Shown here: positions 1 through 14,493 of the stretch, piece after piece
Layout: each line of letters opens with the position of its first letter
Numbering within the stretch: the stretch's first letter is position 1
Assembly: GCF_021869535.1 (NCBI RefSeq)
Contig: NW_026262723.1
Span: 92,318,001 to 92,382,000, forward strand
Direction of reading: 5' to 3'
From: Mytilus californianus
Lineage: Eukaryota
DNA length: 64,000 nt
The notes under the pieces: generated by a model
Database searches by the model: none
What the model saw: only the letters and a program-made list of their open reading frames with translations
Told to the model about the DNA's origin: nothing
Program-made: the position numbers and the translations under genes

Positions 1-195
1 AACTCTTTTAAAAATAATTGATCGGCACTGATTTTCGAACTCATTCAAGACATTGCTTATTTAAATCTATGATATAAGTTTCATAAAGATCTTGCATGAA
101 TTGTACATGAGAGCACTAACAAAACCGGATGGATGGACAGACGGACGCCCCGTATTTCTATGTCCCCTGCAACGCATTGCTCAGGGGACAAAAAT
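1..195. mobile_element. End of a non-autonomous Helentron-like (HINE/pearl-type) element, truncated by the window edge
   Basis: GGAT/GACG-type microsatellite at ~126-146 followed by a terminal hairpin (TGTCCCCTG 161-169 / CAGGGGACA 182-190) and an A-run; same architecture as other elements in the window. Confidence 0.6.
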
Positions 196-1200
196 TGACT
201 CTGGAAAATTATTTCTCATTTGAAGGATAGCTACTCATTTGGGGAACTCTTCCCCATTTGGCACGTCTTCCTTAACCTGATAGACAACTGGTATCCTAAA
301 TACCTGAAAGCTCCTGAAAAAAAAAAACTTGATAGGACCTTGATATTTCCAGAATTTGAGGGTATCAAATATGGTTTAATACAGGTAATATTGATAATAT
401 AGACTATGATTTTGAGATATGATTTAGTTTCAGGATTACAATTTTATGTGTCTAGTATGCAAATTCTTTTTATACAGGTTGATCATTGTTGACATAATTT
501 TGGTTATCTACAACTAAACAAGTCGGTAAAGAGCACTACAGAGCTCATATTTACTAAGTCAATTTGTACATGATCATGTCCGGCTCTAAATAAAGTTTTA
601 CTTACTTACCATCTGTAAAGCAAGAAACTGAACAGAAACGAAATATGAATCATGAGAAACATAACACAACAAAACAAAAATATGTATTTTAGGTAAAGAG
701 GCATACAAAATTACCTTTAAGTTTCTGAATCACCCCATAATCTGTTTAGATGTCAAAAATGTTAAATATCAAGGTGCTTTCGGGTTTTTAACAAGTTTTT
801 GGAAAAGTTTTATTAGGTATTCAGAAAAGTTGCTAACCAAAAGATGTAATCATATGTACTTTGTAATATTTTCCCTTAAATCTAAATTTAAAAAAATTTG
901 CACAGCCACAGTAAATTTATATCACCCATTCCCCCTTTTCTTTCCTTTTCAACTTGAGCATTTCTATGTAAAGGATTTTATATGAAGATTTTGGCTCGTA
1001 AAAAAATTGTTAATATTTATTAAATGCTCATCATTAACATTCAAAAGAATCTTCACACTTATATTGCTCGATAAACTAACTTTGGTTGTCATTCGTCATT
1101 CTGCAGTTTGTTATTTCTTCGGTGTCACAAAAACGCATTGTAAAGATAACCCACTTTCCGTTGTCCAGATCACGAAAACGTTTTACGAAGTGGGAGGAGG

Positions 1201-4200
1201 ATGGAAATAAAACTTGATGGAAAGAAAGCTTTAGTGACAGGAGCCGGGAAAGGTTTTAATATACGTTTCGCATAATTCTGAACAATAGCTTTTCGATATC
1301 TTTTTTCATAGTTTGTTGTCGAATATGCTTAAGGGATTTTATAAATCAGTTGATGATATATCTAAATACCCAAAAGACCTGACAAATAATGACTATGTGT
1401 ATCCCTAATTTAATCTTATGACAATGTGTGGCAGATGCTTCCTGATGAGTTCTAGAAGGAGGGTCGTAATGGGGTACATTCATGACGAATAACGGTAAAA
1501 AATCTTGCCAAATGACGTTAATAGTAATTTTTGGTGCATGACTATAAAATGTTCATTTTCTTTATGATGATAAAATAATTGACTGATTTGATGAATGACG
1601 TTAAATTCTTTCCAAAAATAACAGGAAACGGATAATTATTTGAGACCTCTGACGAATCATAATATGGATATTTTGTCGAATCACGATAACATTTTAACCA
1701 ATTTGATTAATGTGAGCCGAAAAATGATCGTTTGATGCCTGACAGTAAAGGGCATTCCTACCCTCCAGAAGGTTATTGTTTTTGTCGAGCCTTCGACTTT
1801 TGTCGAAAAAGCGAGACATAGCAATCCTACATTCCGTCGTCGTTGTCGTCATCAGTGGCATCCACAAATATTCACTCTGTGGTTCAAGTTTTTGAAATTT
1901 TAATAACTTTCTTAAACTATCCTGGATTTCTACCAAACTTGGACAGAAGCTTGTTTATGATCATAAGATGATATCCAAAAGTAAATTTTGTAAAAAAAAA
2001 AAATTCCATTTTTTCCATATTTTACTTATAAATGGTCTTAGTTTTTCTGCCAGGAAACATTACATTCACTCTGTGGTTAAAGTTTTTGAAATTTTAATAA
2101 CTTTCTTAAACTATCCGGGATTTCTTCCAAACTTGGAAAGAAGCTTGTTTATGATCATAAGATAGTATCCAGAAGTAAATTTTGTAAAAAAAAAATTATT
2201 TTTTTCAGTATTTTACTTATAAATGGACTTAGTTTTTCTGCCAGTTAACATTACATTCACTCTGTGGTTAAAGTTTTTAAAATTTTAACAACTTTCCTAA
2301 ACTATCTTGGATTTGTACCAAACTTGGACAGAAGCTTGTTTATGATTAAAAGCTAGTATCTAGAAGGAAATTTTGTTAAAATTTTGTTCCATTTTTTCCT
2401 TATTTTACTTATAAATGGACTTAGTTTTTCTTCCAGTTAACATTACATACAGTCTGCAGTTTAAGTTTTTAAAACATTTATTAGATTCATAAACTATCCT
2501 GGATTTTTACCAAACTTGGACAGAAGCTACTTACAATCAAAAGATAGTATAGAGAGGAATATTTTTATTAATTTTTTTCCTCATTTTTGTTGAGCCTGCG
2601 ATTAACAGCAAAAGTAGGCAAGACACTGGGTTCCGTGGAACCCTTACGAATTTTTTTAACAAGAGGATTTGCGAATTCTTGTTTTACTTGTTAGCTGCAA
2701 TGTCACATGACTTGTCTTCTTAAGTACAGTGGACTGATTTACAGTAGTCTACTCGCTAGTCCATCAAACAGACTCAAGATTTTCAATTGTTGCAAACATG
2801 GCCTATATACATGAATTAACTCATCCCTGTGTGTGTCTACATAATTAATTTGCTTGCTGACTTATCTTGGAGACACTGAATTAAGATGAAGGTCAATTAA
2901 ATGGCCTAATTTTCACACAAAGTATGTCACTCAGACTTCATTTTACACTTCATTGACTTACTTTTTAGTATAGTTTAATGTTGGAGTTAAGATCTCAGAA
3001 AATTTTTTGGAATCAGTAAAAGTAATTAAGCCATCAGTTTACATATGAATTGACTTTTTAAAACGGAAACTAGCTGATTATCTCCCTTATTTCATAGAAT
3101 CAGTTTAAGCTGGGACTATGTTAGTATAATAGTCCCTGGTTTAAGATACAGCTATCTCTTGATACCTGTGAAATGACTCTTTAAATAGGAAGTTACTATT
3201 TTTTACTTCCTGTGATAAAAATTTTTCTGCATATCTGTATTAAAGTTCATTTTCAATATCTATTTATTTTTTGGACAATTTCAATCAGAAAATATGGTTC
3301 AGAACAAATTATAAAATAAAGGAAATCTCAACATTGGAAAAAAATAAAGTCCAACTGCTGCTTAAAGCTATACACTAATTTCAAGTTGTTTTTTGATGAA
3401 TGAGTTACACCCGTTGACCCAAGGTCAATTGGCGTAAACGACGTCATCAAACAATCGGTTCTTACTGTGAAGTAATAACATAAGCATTGTGACGTAGGAA
3501 TTTTACAGAATACTGCACGAATTCAAAAGTCGTCTATAGGAGTATATGGATGCATAAAGGGAAATAATTTATTGATCACTAACTGATATCATTGTACATG
3601 TATTTTCAGGGATTGGTCGTGCCATAGCTAAGAAATTGGTTGAATGTGGTGCTGAGACTTATGCTCTTAGCCGAACACAGGCAGATCTTGACACTTTAAA
3701 AAAAGAGGTAATTTTATACAATAATTAAACTCCATTTGGTGAACCATTTTGAGTATTACTTTTATACAATAATGTATTCCCTTTTCAAGAGAAGATTGTA
3801 TTGTTTTAGTCTGTCTGTCTATTACTGGTTATCTTTAGTTGAAATTTTGTTTCACTTTTAAACAAGGAATTATATGAATCTGGAATAATTTTGAATTCTG
3901 GAATGTATGATGAAAACTAACTCAATTAAAGAGGGTTAGCCATGCAGGGTGTTTGTTAATTCATACTGAAATATCAGTGAAAGGAACTTCAACCTTAGCC
4001 ATGCATGCATAGGAAAAATAGACTTTGTCTCTTCTTTTTATCAGAAAGTTTGTCAATGAAAAATCTCCTTCAGTCCCATATGCTGTGTCCTTGCTGGACT
4101 TAAAAGGATGAAATAGAAATAGTTCATAAATTAAATTTTCACTGCTCTTATTATATGTTTGTGTGTCTATCTTGTTAAATGTTACTATTTACAAACATCA

Positions 4201-7200
4201 ATCCAGAGCACCCTGATTCTTACAACCATATAAGAATCAAGTATATAACACATTCAATGCAAAATCTCCTGCAATCAATGCAAAATCAACCCTTTACATT
4301 GGAATAAATGAGACTCAATACACTCACTTCATGTCTGGTAGTTGTACATTACTTAATTTTGTGTTGATTAAGATAAGAAGAAACAAGGAATCATATTAAA
4401 TTTTGTTAAACAAATTCTAGATTAAATATGCAATTGAAATGTTACCAGAAAAGATACACATTTAAGCTAAATCTGTACATTTGCTGATAATTCACATACA
4501 TATAGTAAAACTGCAGCAATAAATGGATTGTCACCCTGATTTAGCTTTTTAATGTACATTATTCTAAATATTTTTTTCTAATATTCAAGATAAAAATGAA
4601 AAAATCATCACCTTTGAGCATTGCCAAATTTGAAAAAAAAGAATATATAAAGCTTTAGAGGGTTTTGAGCTCATTTACTTACCCATCCCCCATTAGATAT
4701 CTTGATTGCTGAGAATACCAATATTTATGTTATGTATAAAAAAAAATGTTACAGGTACTATCAATCCACTTCATACAAGTTGTACAAATATATGATATAA
4801 CGAGGAAAGTTTCATGACCTTTATAGGGAAAATGATTTAAAAAGTGATTAATAGTTCATATTCTACATTTTATTCATGTTCTGGGTTTTTTGTCTCCCCT
4901 TGACAGAGTAAAAATGCGAGACATAGGTATGCTGTTTCCGGCGTCGTCGTCGTCAACAATGTATTAGTTTGTGATTAGGTCTAGTTTATGGTGAACCACT
5001 AGCGGTAGGTCAATGATATTTGGTATGCAGTTGAATTAGCATTGGCACATCTCATTACCATGGAGATTATTTGGCCCCGCCCCTCAGTCATGGTTTATTG
5101 ACTTTGAAAATTTTGTTTAGTTTTCATGTATTAGTTTGTGATTAGATCAGTTTATGGGGAACCACTAGTGGTAGGTCAATGATATTTGGTATGCAGTTGT
5201 ATAAACATATGCATATCTCATTTCCATGGAGATCTTTTGGCCCCGACCCTTCAGTCATGGTCTATTGACTTTGAAACTTTTGCTTAGTTTACAAGTTAAT
5301 GTTTGTGTTTAGGTTTCTTTAAAGGGAACGACTTATGAAAAGTCAATGGTATTTGGTATGCAGTTGTATTAGCACATCTCATTTCCATGGAGATTGTTTA
5401 GCCCTGTACCTTTAGTCAGGGTTCATTGACTTTGTATATTTGCATAACTTACATGTTAAAGTATTGTTATTTTAATTTCAACATTTGCATTATCAAAATA
5501 ACAAATAGGCGAGACATATCTCTGTGTTAACAATTTATTTTTCTTTTTGTCTCTCAAAATTTTATCGATTACCATAAGGTAAAAATAAATTATTTAAATG
5601 CCCTTTTATAAGCACAAGCCCTCATGTGTAGTCAAGGTCGTTAAAAAAAAACCTCGTCGTAAATATCATATACATTAAAAAAGTGTCTTTGTTTGAAGAA
5701 TTTTAAATGAAAGTAAAAGCAATTTTAGAAGACCTTATATTTCTGAGTGGATCAGGGTAAATGATTACGTATACCATTGTACTGCACTAGAGATTTACAC
5801 TGATAAAATATATTTCCTTTTGCTATATCATATATGATCATTTATATTGAAATTATATGTGGTGATGTCTATACAAATTATCTCCCCTTTCATTACCAGC
5901 AGTAGCATGGGTTACAAATGCATATTGTCAATAAAATCTTAGTGAATGCAATTTTTGGTTAATTTTGATGATGTGTTAAAGCATTGACAGAAGCACATTT
6001 TGTTCTGGCTTCATTTAAAACCATGTGCACAGTATATGCTTTCACACTCCAATAAAACTGCAAAAGTGTGCATTCAGTGCTTATAATTACACATTTCAAA
6101 ATATGTGGAAGAAATGCTGTATTCTCATCATATGGGTATTTGCATATTCATTACATAAGTATTGATTGAAAGTTGTTCAGATAAATGTGAGCCTGTCCAA
6201 AAGTTATGAATTTTATTGGGTAATAAAACTTCAAACAATAAAACAATTGACCAATCAGAATGTCAGAATTGTAAGAAGTTTACAAGTAATGTTATTATAT
6301 GAATATAGATTCTACTATATCAATCTCAAAAAATCTTGGTCTTCATCAGCAGGTACTTGCATCTTTTACAGGTACCCTCAATGCATGTGATCCAAATTGA
6401 CTTACAAGAATGGGATAAATCAAGGGAGACAATTGCTAAGATAGGACCAGTTGATTTATTAGTCAATAATGCTGGTGTATCTAAATTGGCTAAGTTTACA
6501 GAAATGAAAAAAGAAGATTTGAATTAGTAAGCATTTTAAATTATTTGGACTATAAAATCTGTTTTGCAACTATGAAAAAAAACAGATGTAAAAAATAAGG
6601 AAATATGATATCAGAGGGGCAATCAAAACCATTAGTTGAAGAAAGAAAGACAGACAGACAACACTATGGCTTATAGAAAAAAACATGAAAACAGAGAACA
6701 AAAGTCCACAAAACACTACACAAAAATATAAAGATTAAATAACACATACCCCATAAAAAGCAGGGGTGAACTCATGTGCTCTAGTGGAAGCTCTGTTGTC
6801 GCTTTGTAAAAAAGTTGCATATCGTGATGTAAAAATCCAGAAAAAAAATTGTTTGCTACAAGTGGAAAATATCAAAGAATGATCAATGAATAAACATCAG
6901 TTCATCAGAGTGAGCCATACTAGATCTGCATTAGACTAAAATTAGGAAGAGATAGCCACAATCAATGGAGAAATTCTTGACATGGAAAATTTAAGGCACA
7001 TATGCAGGGTTAATTTAGTTTTGTAAATATTCAGCCCTTTGTCATTTATCTCGATCAGTGAAAAGACAAAAGATATATGCATACAAATGTTTATTACAAA
7101 TCAAAAGTAAAAAGTAAATAATCAAATAAATTAGTTGAACAGAATATTAAAATAGTACATACATATACATTTTGTGTAATATCCCATGAAAGAATGCACA

Positions 7201-10200
7201 CAATCTCTTATACTGTGGATTCATTATTATACCAATTTTAATGGATTTCATGGGTATTGGTAAACCACAAATTTAAATGTACAATGAAATATAAACTTTC
7301 TATAGGCTTGTATGCAGACATGGACAAGACGATAAAATCAAATACGAAAATTGGAACATGTATCCACAAAAATAAATGAATCCACTGTTGCAATTTTAAA
7401 GTATTACATGTAAGTCTGTTGATTATGAAATCATGCATTCATAAACTCTGTTATTAGTCCCCTACCGACGAAGTCGAAGGGGACTTTAGGTTTGCACTCT
7501 GTCTGTCTGTCTGTCTGTCCATCCATCCGTCAGTCCGGCAAATCAGTTTTCCAGACTTTTCATGCTTGAAGATATTGATTTGATATTTAGTGTATTGTTT
7601 TATCATCACAAGTTACAGGTCAAGTAAGATTTTCACGATTTTAGCTTTTCTTCTTGTTCAGTTAAAGCCCTTTCCCTAGAATTAAATTTTTGATGAAATA
7701 CTTATTAATTACTAGATTTCTGTTCAAAGGGAAATAACTCATTTTGTAACTTTCCCTAGAATTAAAATTTTTGATGAAATACTTATTAGATTTCTGTTCA
7801 AAGGGAAATAACTTATTTTTTTTAAAGATTTTTAAAAGACATTGTATTAAGATAAATGACATTTTGGATTTTTTTCCTTTTCTTTAGTAGATTGTTTGAA
7901 GAATTTAGTGGTAGGTTTGTTTGTTATTTTATGTAGTTTACACCATGACAAGTTATAGATCAAGGTAGAATTTCATTCCATTACAATGTATTTTTAACCG
8001 GTAGGGGACTATGTATTGCCATGCAATACTCACAAAATGCTTGTTCTAAATAGCTTTTGATATATCAGCATCAGCAATTTGATAAAATTTTCAAATGTTA
8101 ATTAGGGATTTTTTAATACAGATTTAATGTATAGTATTACATAATGTACAAAAAACAATGAAAAAAACTGCAATATTTAATTATTCAATCATATTTTACA
8201 GTGTGATGGATGTCAATTTCAATGCTGTTTTCAATGTATCACAGGTCAGTGTTTCAAAGACTCTTTAGATATTAAACTGCTGCTTAAGTGATGGATTTTT
8301 AATTGGTTATTACCAGAATTAGAAATAAGAAGATGTGTTATGAGTGCCAATGAGACAACTCTTCATCCAAGTCACAATGTATAAAAAGTTGATAATTATA
8401 GGTCAAAGTTCAACCTTCAACACGGAGCCTTGGCTCTAGTACACTTAAAAACACAATTAACCTTGATTCTGACTGGTAAATGAATTTAATTTCAAGTAAA
8501 TTTTCTTATGTAAACAGTCTGCTACTAAATTTGATCTTTTGAACAGTTTCGACAGACACATTATATAAAAGAAAATAGTGAGCTGGTTTGTAAAAAATAT
8601 TTATGGTAAACTTCCAGGAAAGACTCTTGTAAACTATATGTGCCCAATGGATACTATCATTATGTTGATCTTATGTGAATATAACATTTACAAGGAGACC
8701 ACAGCAACAAGAACATTTCGTCATGATATATTGTAATATAAAAAAAAAAAACATCAATTTATATCATTCATCCTAATCCTTGCATCCATATTAACGGGAA
8801 GATAAATATAATTCAGTGCATTGGAGATTTAGTTACTCACATCAATATATGAATCAGTTAATTTTGCTCAGTGTTGCTAAGAATTATTTCTTAAACAACA
8901 AGTTGAACTGTGAGTTATTGCTCTTTAAGGATACCCCCACTATGAGTATTCTGTAAACAGGAAGTTGATAAGCGATGGATGTGAAAACTCATCGCAGGGA
9001 AAAGCATGCTCACATGAAGCTGATACAAAATTTCAGGAAGCTCTTATTTATATATCCTGAGAAAAATGTGACAAAAATTTCAAACATGGCTATTATATGT
9101 AAAAATATACAAGTATTCTGTAAACAGAAAGTTGACGAGCGATAAATGTGGAAAGGTTTCACACAGAAAAGCATGATCACAAGAAACTTGCTACTATTGT
9201 TTAGGCAGCTCTGATTTGTAGTTCCTTAGAAAAATGAGACAGACAGACAGGGATAAACCAGTATAACCTATATACTATAATCCCCTGCCTCAAGCCAGGG
9301 TATAATGGATATGAAAACCATTTTACAATTTAAGCAACAAGTCTTTCCGAAAAAAAAAATACAGTAGAGGAAGTGGTCATGAAACAATTGCAGATTGTTA
9401 TCCCTTAATTTACTTAAGGCTATTTTCGATTTGGATTTTGAAAAGTTTCCTATGTTCTCAGAAAATGTCTGTCCTTATGTCTAAGGCACCATTTTATTCT
9501 ATAGGTAGTAGCCAAAGCAATGGTGGAGAGAGGAGAAGGAGGAAGCATAATTAACATATCAAGTGCTGCCTCACAAGATGCTTTGATGGATCATGCAGCA
9601 TACTGTCCAAGTAAAGCTGCTGTTGATATGCTAACAAAATGCATGGCCCTGGAGCTAGGGCCTCATAAAGTAATCTTTGTTATATGTTGATAAATTTTGG
9701 TTATAAAGTAGCAGTTTTATACTGAATAAGAGTTTTGATTGTACCTATTACCGGTACTTCATGTAGTCTAGACCCTGTGCAGTTATTGATTGTTTAGTTC
9801 CTTATCATGTTTAGCTATGATCTTACCTGTATCTAATCATACAATTTGTTGTATTTGTTGTATTAAAAAATAATTGCCGTAATACTTGTCAAAGAGTTTG
9901 AATGATCAGTTGTGTCATGTGATTCAGTAAAGTTTTATTTGTTAGTAAATTATTTCAACAAAATTAGAGATAATGGTAAACTATTGCATTCTTAACAAGT
10001 ATACATCAATCTGTTTAAATTTGAAGATAAAGCATTTTATTAATGGTTTTCCTCATCTGAGAAGTTAAGGCTCAATCATATATATGTCATTATGGGTAGA
10101 CACTGCCTTTGTCATGCCCATCTTACTGTCAGTCACAAAAGTTTTGAATGTCCAAATATCTTTCTAAGAAGTTAAGGCTCAATCATATACATGTCATTAT

Positions 10201-12076
10201 GGGTAGACACTGCTTTTGTCATGCCCATCTTGCTGTCTGTCACAAAAGTTTTTGAATGTCCAATATATCCTTAAATATCTTTAAAATATTAATTGATTTT
10301 ATAAAATTACTAAATGGTATGATATGAACAAAACAGTGACAGTAAATGACTAATTCTTTAATACTTTCTTTTCAGATCCGAGTCAATAGTATTAACCCAA
10401 CAGTAACATGGACAGATATGGCAAAAATGCACTGGAGTGACCCTGCAAAAAGTGAACCAATGCTGGCTAAGATACCTTTAGGCAAATTCATAGGTAAAAA
10501 TTAGATATTTATGCCCCCGCTGCGGGCAACAGGGGCATTAAGTGTTACTATTGGTTGTCCGTCTTTCCTTTCGTCCCATTTTGGTTTCCGTACTCTAACT
10601 TTTGGACAGTGAGTCACTTACTATTCTAGAGTTATGTCCCTTTATAACTTTAAAAATGTTTCTGCACTCTAACTTAAGTTTGCCTCATGCAAATTTTATG
10701 AAACTCCTACACAATGCTAAGAATCAAAACTCACAGACAGAGTTTGAATTTGGACAGTGAGTCAATTACCGTTCTAGACTTATGCCCCTTTTTAACGTTG
10801 AAAATTGCAAAGCTTGAGCGGGGGGCATTCATGTCCTCACACATTCTTCTTTTTATTTTAGATGCTGAGTTTAATTTATAGAATTTTTTAATAATTTTGT
10901 TGGAAATTCAATACGCTTGATTCATATCATCTGCATTACCAGAAAAACTCTTGTACTTTAAGCTGATTTTTATTGTCATTTACATGTTATATGGGCAAAC
11001 TGGATCCCAGCATTTTTAAACTGACAAAGTCATTGTGGCAGCTTGAAATTGTACAGGCAGTTTTGTATTCTTATTTACATTACTTAACCCTACCTACGAA
11101 AAAGTGTTAATTTGATCATTCCTGTAAAACGTAATAGAAAGAAAGATAACAATAAGAATCAAGCAAATTGCTATTTTATATCATTACTTTTAGAATTAGT
11201 TTTTATATTATAAGTTAATCAGAAGTGAAAACTTCAATGAAACTGTGATTTTGCCCAAAGAAAAAACCTGTGCAAAAAAAAAAATCAAATTCAGGGGAGA
11301 TAATTAACCTTGGTACAATATGAAAATAAGGAGATGTGGTTTGATTGCCAATGAGACAACTATCCACCTGTTACCATTTGTGAAATATTAGAAAAAAGTA
11401 CAAAAATCTCCAAAATAAAAATTTATTTTTTGTGCATTGAAATTTCGAAATTTAATCGAATAACTTTTGCTTTATTCCAATTGATGTTTTTGGTCTATAT
11501 AATCTCTAAAGTCTATGCAAAAATAAGAAAAAAATATGTTTGGTAAAATTGCAAAGGTAAGTACAGCGATTGTTATTATTTAAGTCAAATTTTTTGATAT
11601 TTTTATGTACATTTATTTTTTCTTTCAGGAAAATTGATGACAAAATGTGTCTTATATCAATTTACATTAATTTTTATGGTAGGGTTCAGTTTATATATCT
11701 GTATACAAATTTATATTTGTATCTCTGATATGTACACATGACAAAAGTAAAAAAAAACATATCCTCACAACAATCATAAGTGTGAAGAACATATACATAC
11801 CTAGGATCATAGAAATTGCTTTAAATGTCTGATAAATGAGAATGTAACAATGTTGGTGCGTAAAAAAACTTGTTAATTATTTTTCAGCGTTTGATATTAT
11901 GACAGCAACTCAAATCATCTAATTTGTAAGAACTATGTTGTAAAATTTGAAAAATTAACATTTTTTTTTCAGGGGTTGAAGATGTAGTAAACAGTGTAAT
12001 TTTCCTTCTAAGTGATAAGAGTGCTATGACGACTGGGGAGTGTGTCAGAATAGATGGAGGCTTGGGCGTACACTGA
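1201..12076 (+). CDS. DCXR: L-xylulose reductase / dicarbonyl reductase (SDR family), 7 coding exons, 244 aa
   Basis: Exons 1201-1252, 3610-3707, 6372-6526, 8202-8244, 9505-9669, 10376-10493, 11973-12076; all GT-AG, phases consistent, 735 nt total. Protein [27 protein letters not shown]...VDLLVNNAG...SIINISS...YCPSK...[10 protein letters not shown]...DGGLGVH*. Has TGxxxGIG, NNAG, and N107/S136/Y149/K153 at the same numbering as human DCXR. The 52-nt first exon matches the human c.52+1 junction. Confidence 0.95.
1780..2655. mobile_element. HINE-like non-autonomous element with ~4 x 190-bp internal tandem units
   Basis: Starts with TCGACTTTTGTCGAAAAAG hairpin and a GTC microsatellite; units recur at ~1871, 2065, 2256, 2447; ends with palindrome GGGTTCCGTGGAACCC. 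Lies in DCXR intron 1. Confidence 0.7.
4885..5535. mobile_element. HINE-like element with ~167-bp internal tandem units
   Basis: GCGAGACAT motif near both ends, GTC microsatellite, GTATTAGTTTGTGATTAG recurring at ~4961 and ~5128, third degenerate unit at ~5295. Confidence 0.65.
7450..8045. mobile_element. HINE-like element remnant containing a ~78-bp internal duplication
   Basis: Hairpin GTCCCCTACCGACGAAGTCGAAGGGGAC, (CTGT)n microsatellite, far-end motif GTAGGGGACTATGTATTGCCATGCAATAC; TTTCCCTAGAATTAAA...GGGAAATAAC duplicated at ~7672-7812. Confidence 0.6.
8895..9310. mobile_element. Interspersed repeat, HINE-like
   Basis: Two degenerate ~150-bp units, (GACA)n microsatellite, terminal hairpin CCCCTG...CAGGGG. 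Confidence 0.5.
10060..10270. repeat. 107-bp direct tandem duplication in DCXR intron 5
   Basis: GAAGTTAAGGCTCAATCATA...GAATGTCCAA at 10061 and again at 10168 with few substitutions. Confidence 0.85.
10510..10850. mobile_element. HINE-like element; related copies in the opposite orientation at ~31240-31510 and ~36893-37330
   Basis: Terminal hairpin ATGCCCC...GGGGCAT, CCGT/CTGT microsatellite, core TTTCCGTACTCTAACTTT, far end GGGGCATTC...ACACATTCT. Confidence 0.6.
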
Positions 12077-12491
12077 AATTAGGACTTGCATAAATGCTAA
12101 CATTATTAAAGATCATTATATTCCAGATAAAAATAGTAATTAAGACAATGATTCCGTGGTGAAGGAATGTAGTAATTATGACAATGATTCAGTGGTGAAG
12201 GAGTATCAGTTACCATTATAAATGATTAAGAAGGATTAGTCCATCAACAAGGACAAATATGGACTGTAAAATGCTTTTCAGATTGTGATTTTGTATATAA
12301 GTTTAATTCTCTTTGATTTTATAGTTATCTGTAATTTACATGAAAACTTCTCTTCATTCTTACCAGTAGTTATTGGGGAGAAAGTTGATATAGTAATCAG
12401 GTCTCATCAAGTAAATATTTTGAAATAATTTGATCATGTATTTGACAAAAGGGAATTAACATTGTTGTGCAGGATCATGACCAGAAAAAAT

Positions 12492-12497
12492 AATAAA
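12492..12497 (+). promoter_or_regulatory. Candidate polyadenylation signal for DCXR
   Basis: First AATAAA I noticed downstream of the stop codon (~415 nt); position only, no transcript evidence. Confidence 0.3.
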
Positions 12498-13693
12498 GTA
12501 TGACATAACCTTGATCTTCCACTTTCTTTTATACTCTTTAGAAAACTTAACATCAACAGAGCTATCCTATTGACTTTTGGGTTGAAGTTAGTTTTTCCCT
12601 AATAGATATGTAAGTAAAACTTGGGAAAGTTGTCAATGAAGGTTATTCCAAAAACACATGTTATCATCAACACAGTAATTGTTTTTGGAAAATGTTTACT
12701 GAAGAGCCTTAATATAGAAACCCTTTTGGGACCCTTTGAAACAAATTTGAGCATGGGTTCCCCCCCTCCTCAGTCCCTGATCCTGACTAACCTGCCAGGT
12801 ATGTGAGGCAAATGACCAATATATAGATATATTCCTGAAAAATGGAAAGCAAATGATTTAGAGATTGTATCCAGAAACCAAGATTTACTTTTTGTAACAG
12901 TGATGTTAACCTTTGACATCTTGACCTCAATATTTACAGGCTTTGTCCCTTTCCTATTATCTACCATTTGTGAAAGTATTATTAAAATCCAACAAATGCT
13001 TTTCAAGTAATCACTAACAAATGACAACTTTTACCTATATTTCTAAGTTTTAGAAAGAAAAAAAATTAATACCAGCAACCTTGAACTTTGACTATTGACT
13101 GCTAATGCAGTAGTCTTCATCCATTTGTCTATATCTTCTAGTGATGTAAGTTTCATTTTAATTACTAGTAATTTACAAGCAAGTGGTTGAAAGACAGGGT
13201 GATGACTATATTTTTCATAATTTTTTTTCTGGGTGCATAATAATGTGAACATATAAAAAGAGATCAAGACAGTCATTAGTATCACAGAGTACCTTGGATG
13301 GGTTTCATTTGCTGTTACCACTACTCCGTTTTGTCCTAGATCATATAGATGAATAGATATATGACTACATCACAGATAATGACATGTCATCAGGTTTTTA
13401 CTTAATTTGAGCAACATGATGGAGTCACTGTTGGTGCCCTGAGATCACCTCCTGCTTTCTGTTGGAATGTTTCTTAGTTTTTAGTTTCTTTTGTTCTGTT
13501 AGTAGACTTTATTTGACCATGTTTTAGTCTTTTTTCAAATTATGATTGCCTTCTAAAGATCTCTAATTTTCTTGATAAGGTCAGTATTGATTATTTCACT
13601 TCAATAGTTATGTAGTTTAGATTATTGGGTTTTCTACACAAATAGCAAGCCACAATGTGAACCTTGTGAGCGCAGCATGCTATTACTGATTTC

Positions 13694-13694
<1 letters not shown>

Positions 13695-13724
<30 letters not shown>
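13695..13724. repeat. Poly(C) tract, 30 nt
   Basis: Direct count. Confidence 0.95.
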
Positions 13725-13725
<1 letters not shown>

Positions 13726-14493
13726 TTCTCTCTCTTAGACATTTTTTAGAATGATAAAATCGCCTCAGACATTGTGATGTCACTGATAACTTCTCCTCAC
13801 ACATTCTGACCTTGCTGATTAGTTTTGCTCAGATCTCAAAGCCATGATATGAGAATTATGGAGAACCAAGTAGGGTGATATGGGTGAAGGGAAGGACCAT
13901 AAAGGCTAATTATAAGACCATACCATTTCAAGTTTTGAAATGTTGTCAAATATACTCGTGTAGATAGTTTTCTCATTGAATCATAACACATTTCCTTTTT
14001 TTTATTTTGTAAAACATAAACCGGTAGAATATAAAGATCCATTTTTTTTTAATAATCACTAATCATAAAAGTACGAACACTGTTCTCAAGTTGATTCTCT
14101 GCAAATTTGATGTTGAAATCCATACCATATTTTTCTCATCCTATATAGTTGCAAGCGATATTAATTTTTATTGGACATTTTACGGTATAGTTTGATTTCC
14201 ATAAAACAATGTATTGCTCAGGTTTTTTGGAAATCATGGGGATGACCTAAGTTTACAGTACTGCACTTTTATTTTCATGTTTATGGTGTAAGTATTTGAG
14301 TGTTTTCTTGGTTTGTTTTTAAAAAGATGTTCATAACAAGGTAATATACTAACAATTGTCACTTCATGGACAGAAACATCACTTTTGCTTGAGGATAAAT
14401 GAATATTTAGGTTTATGTTTATGATTAAGATGCCTACCATTTCATATTTTGGGAGTGGCCTTGAAAACTGCTATAAATAAAGAAAATCTGACT

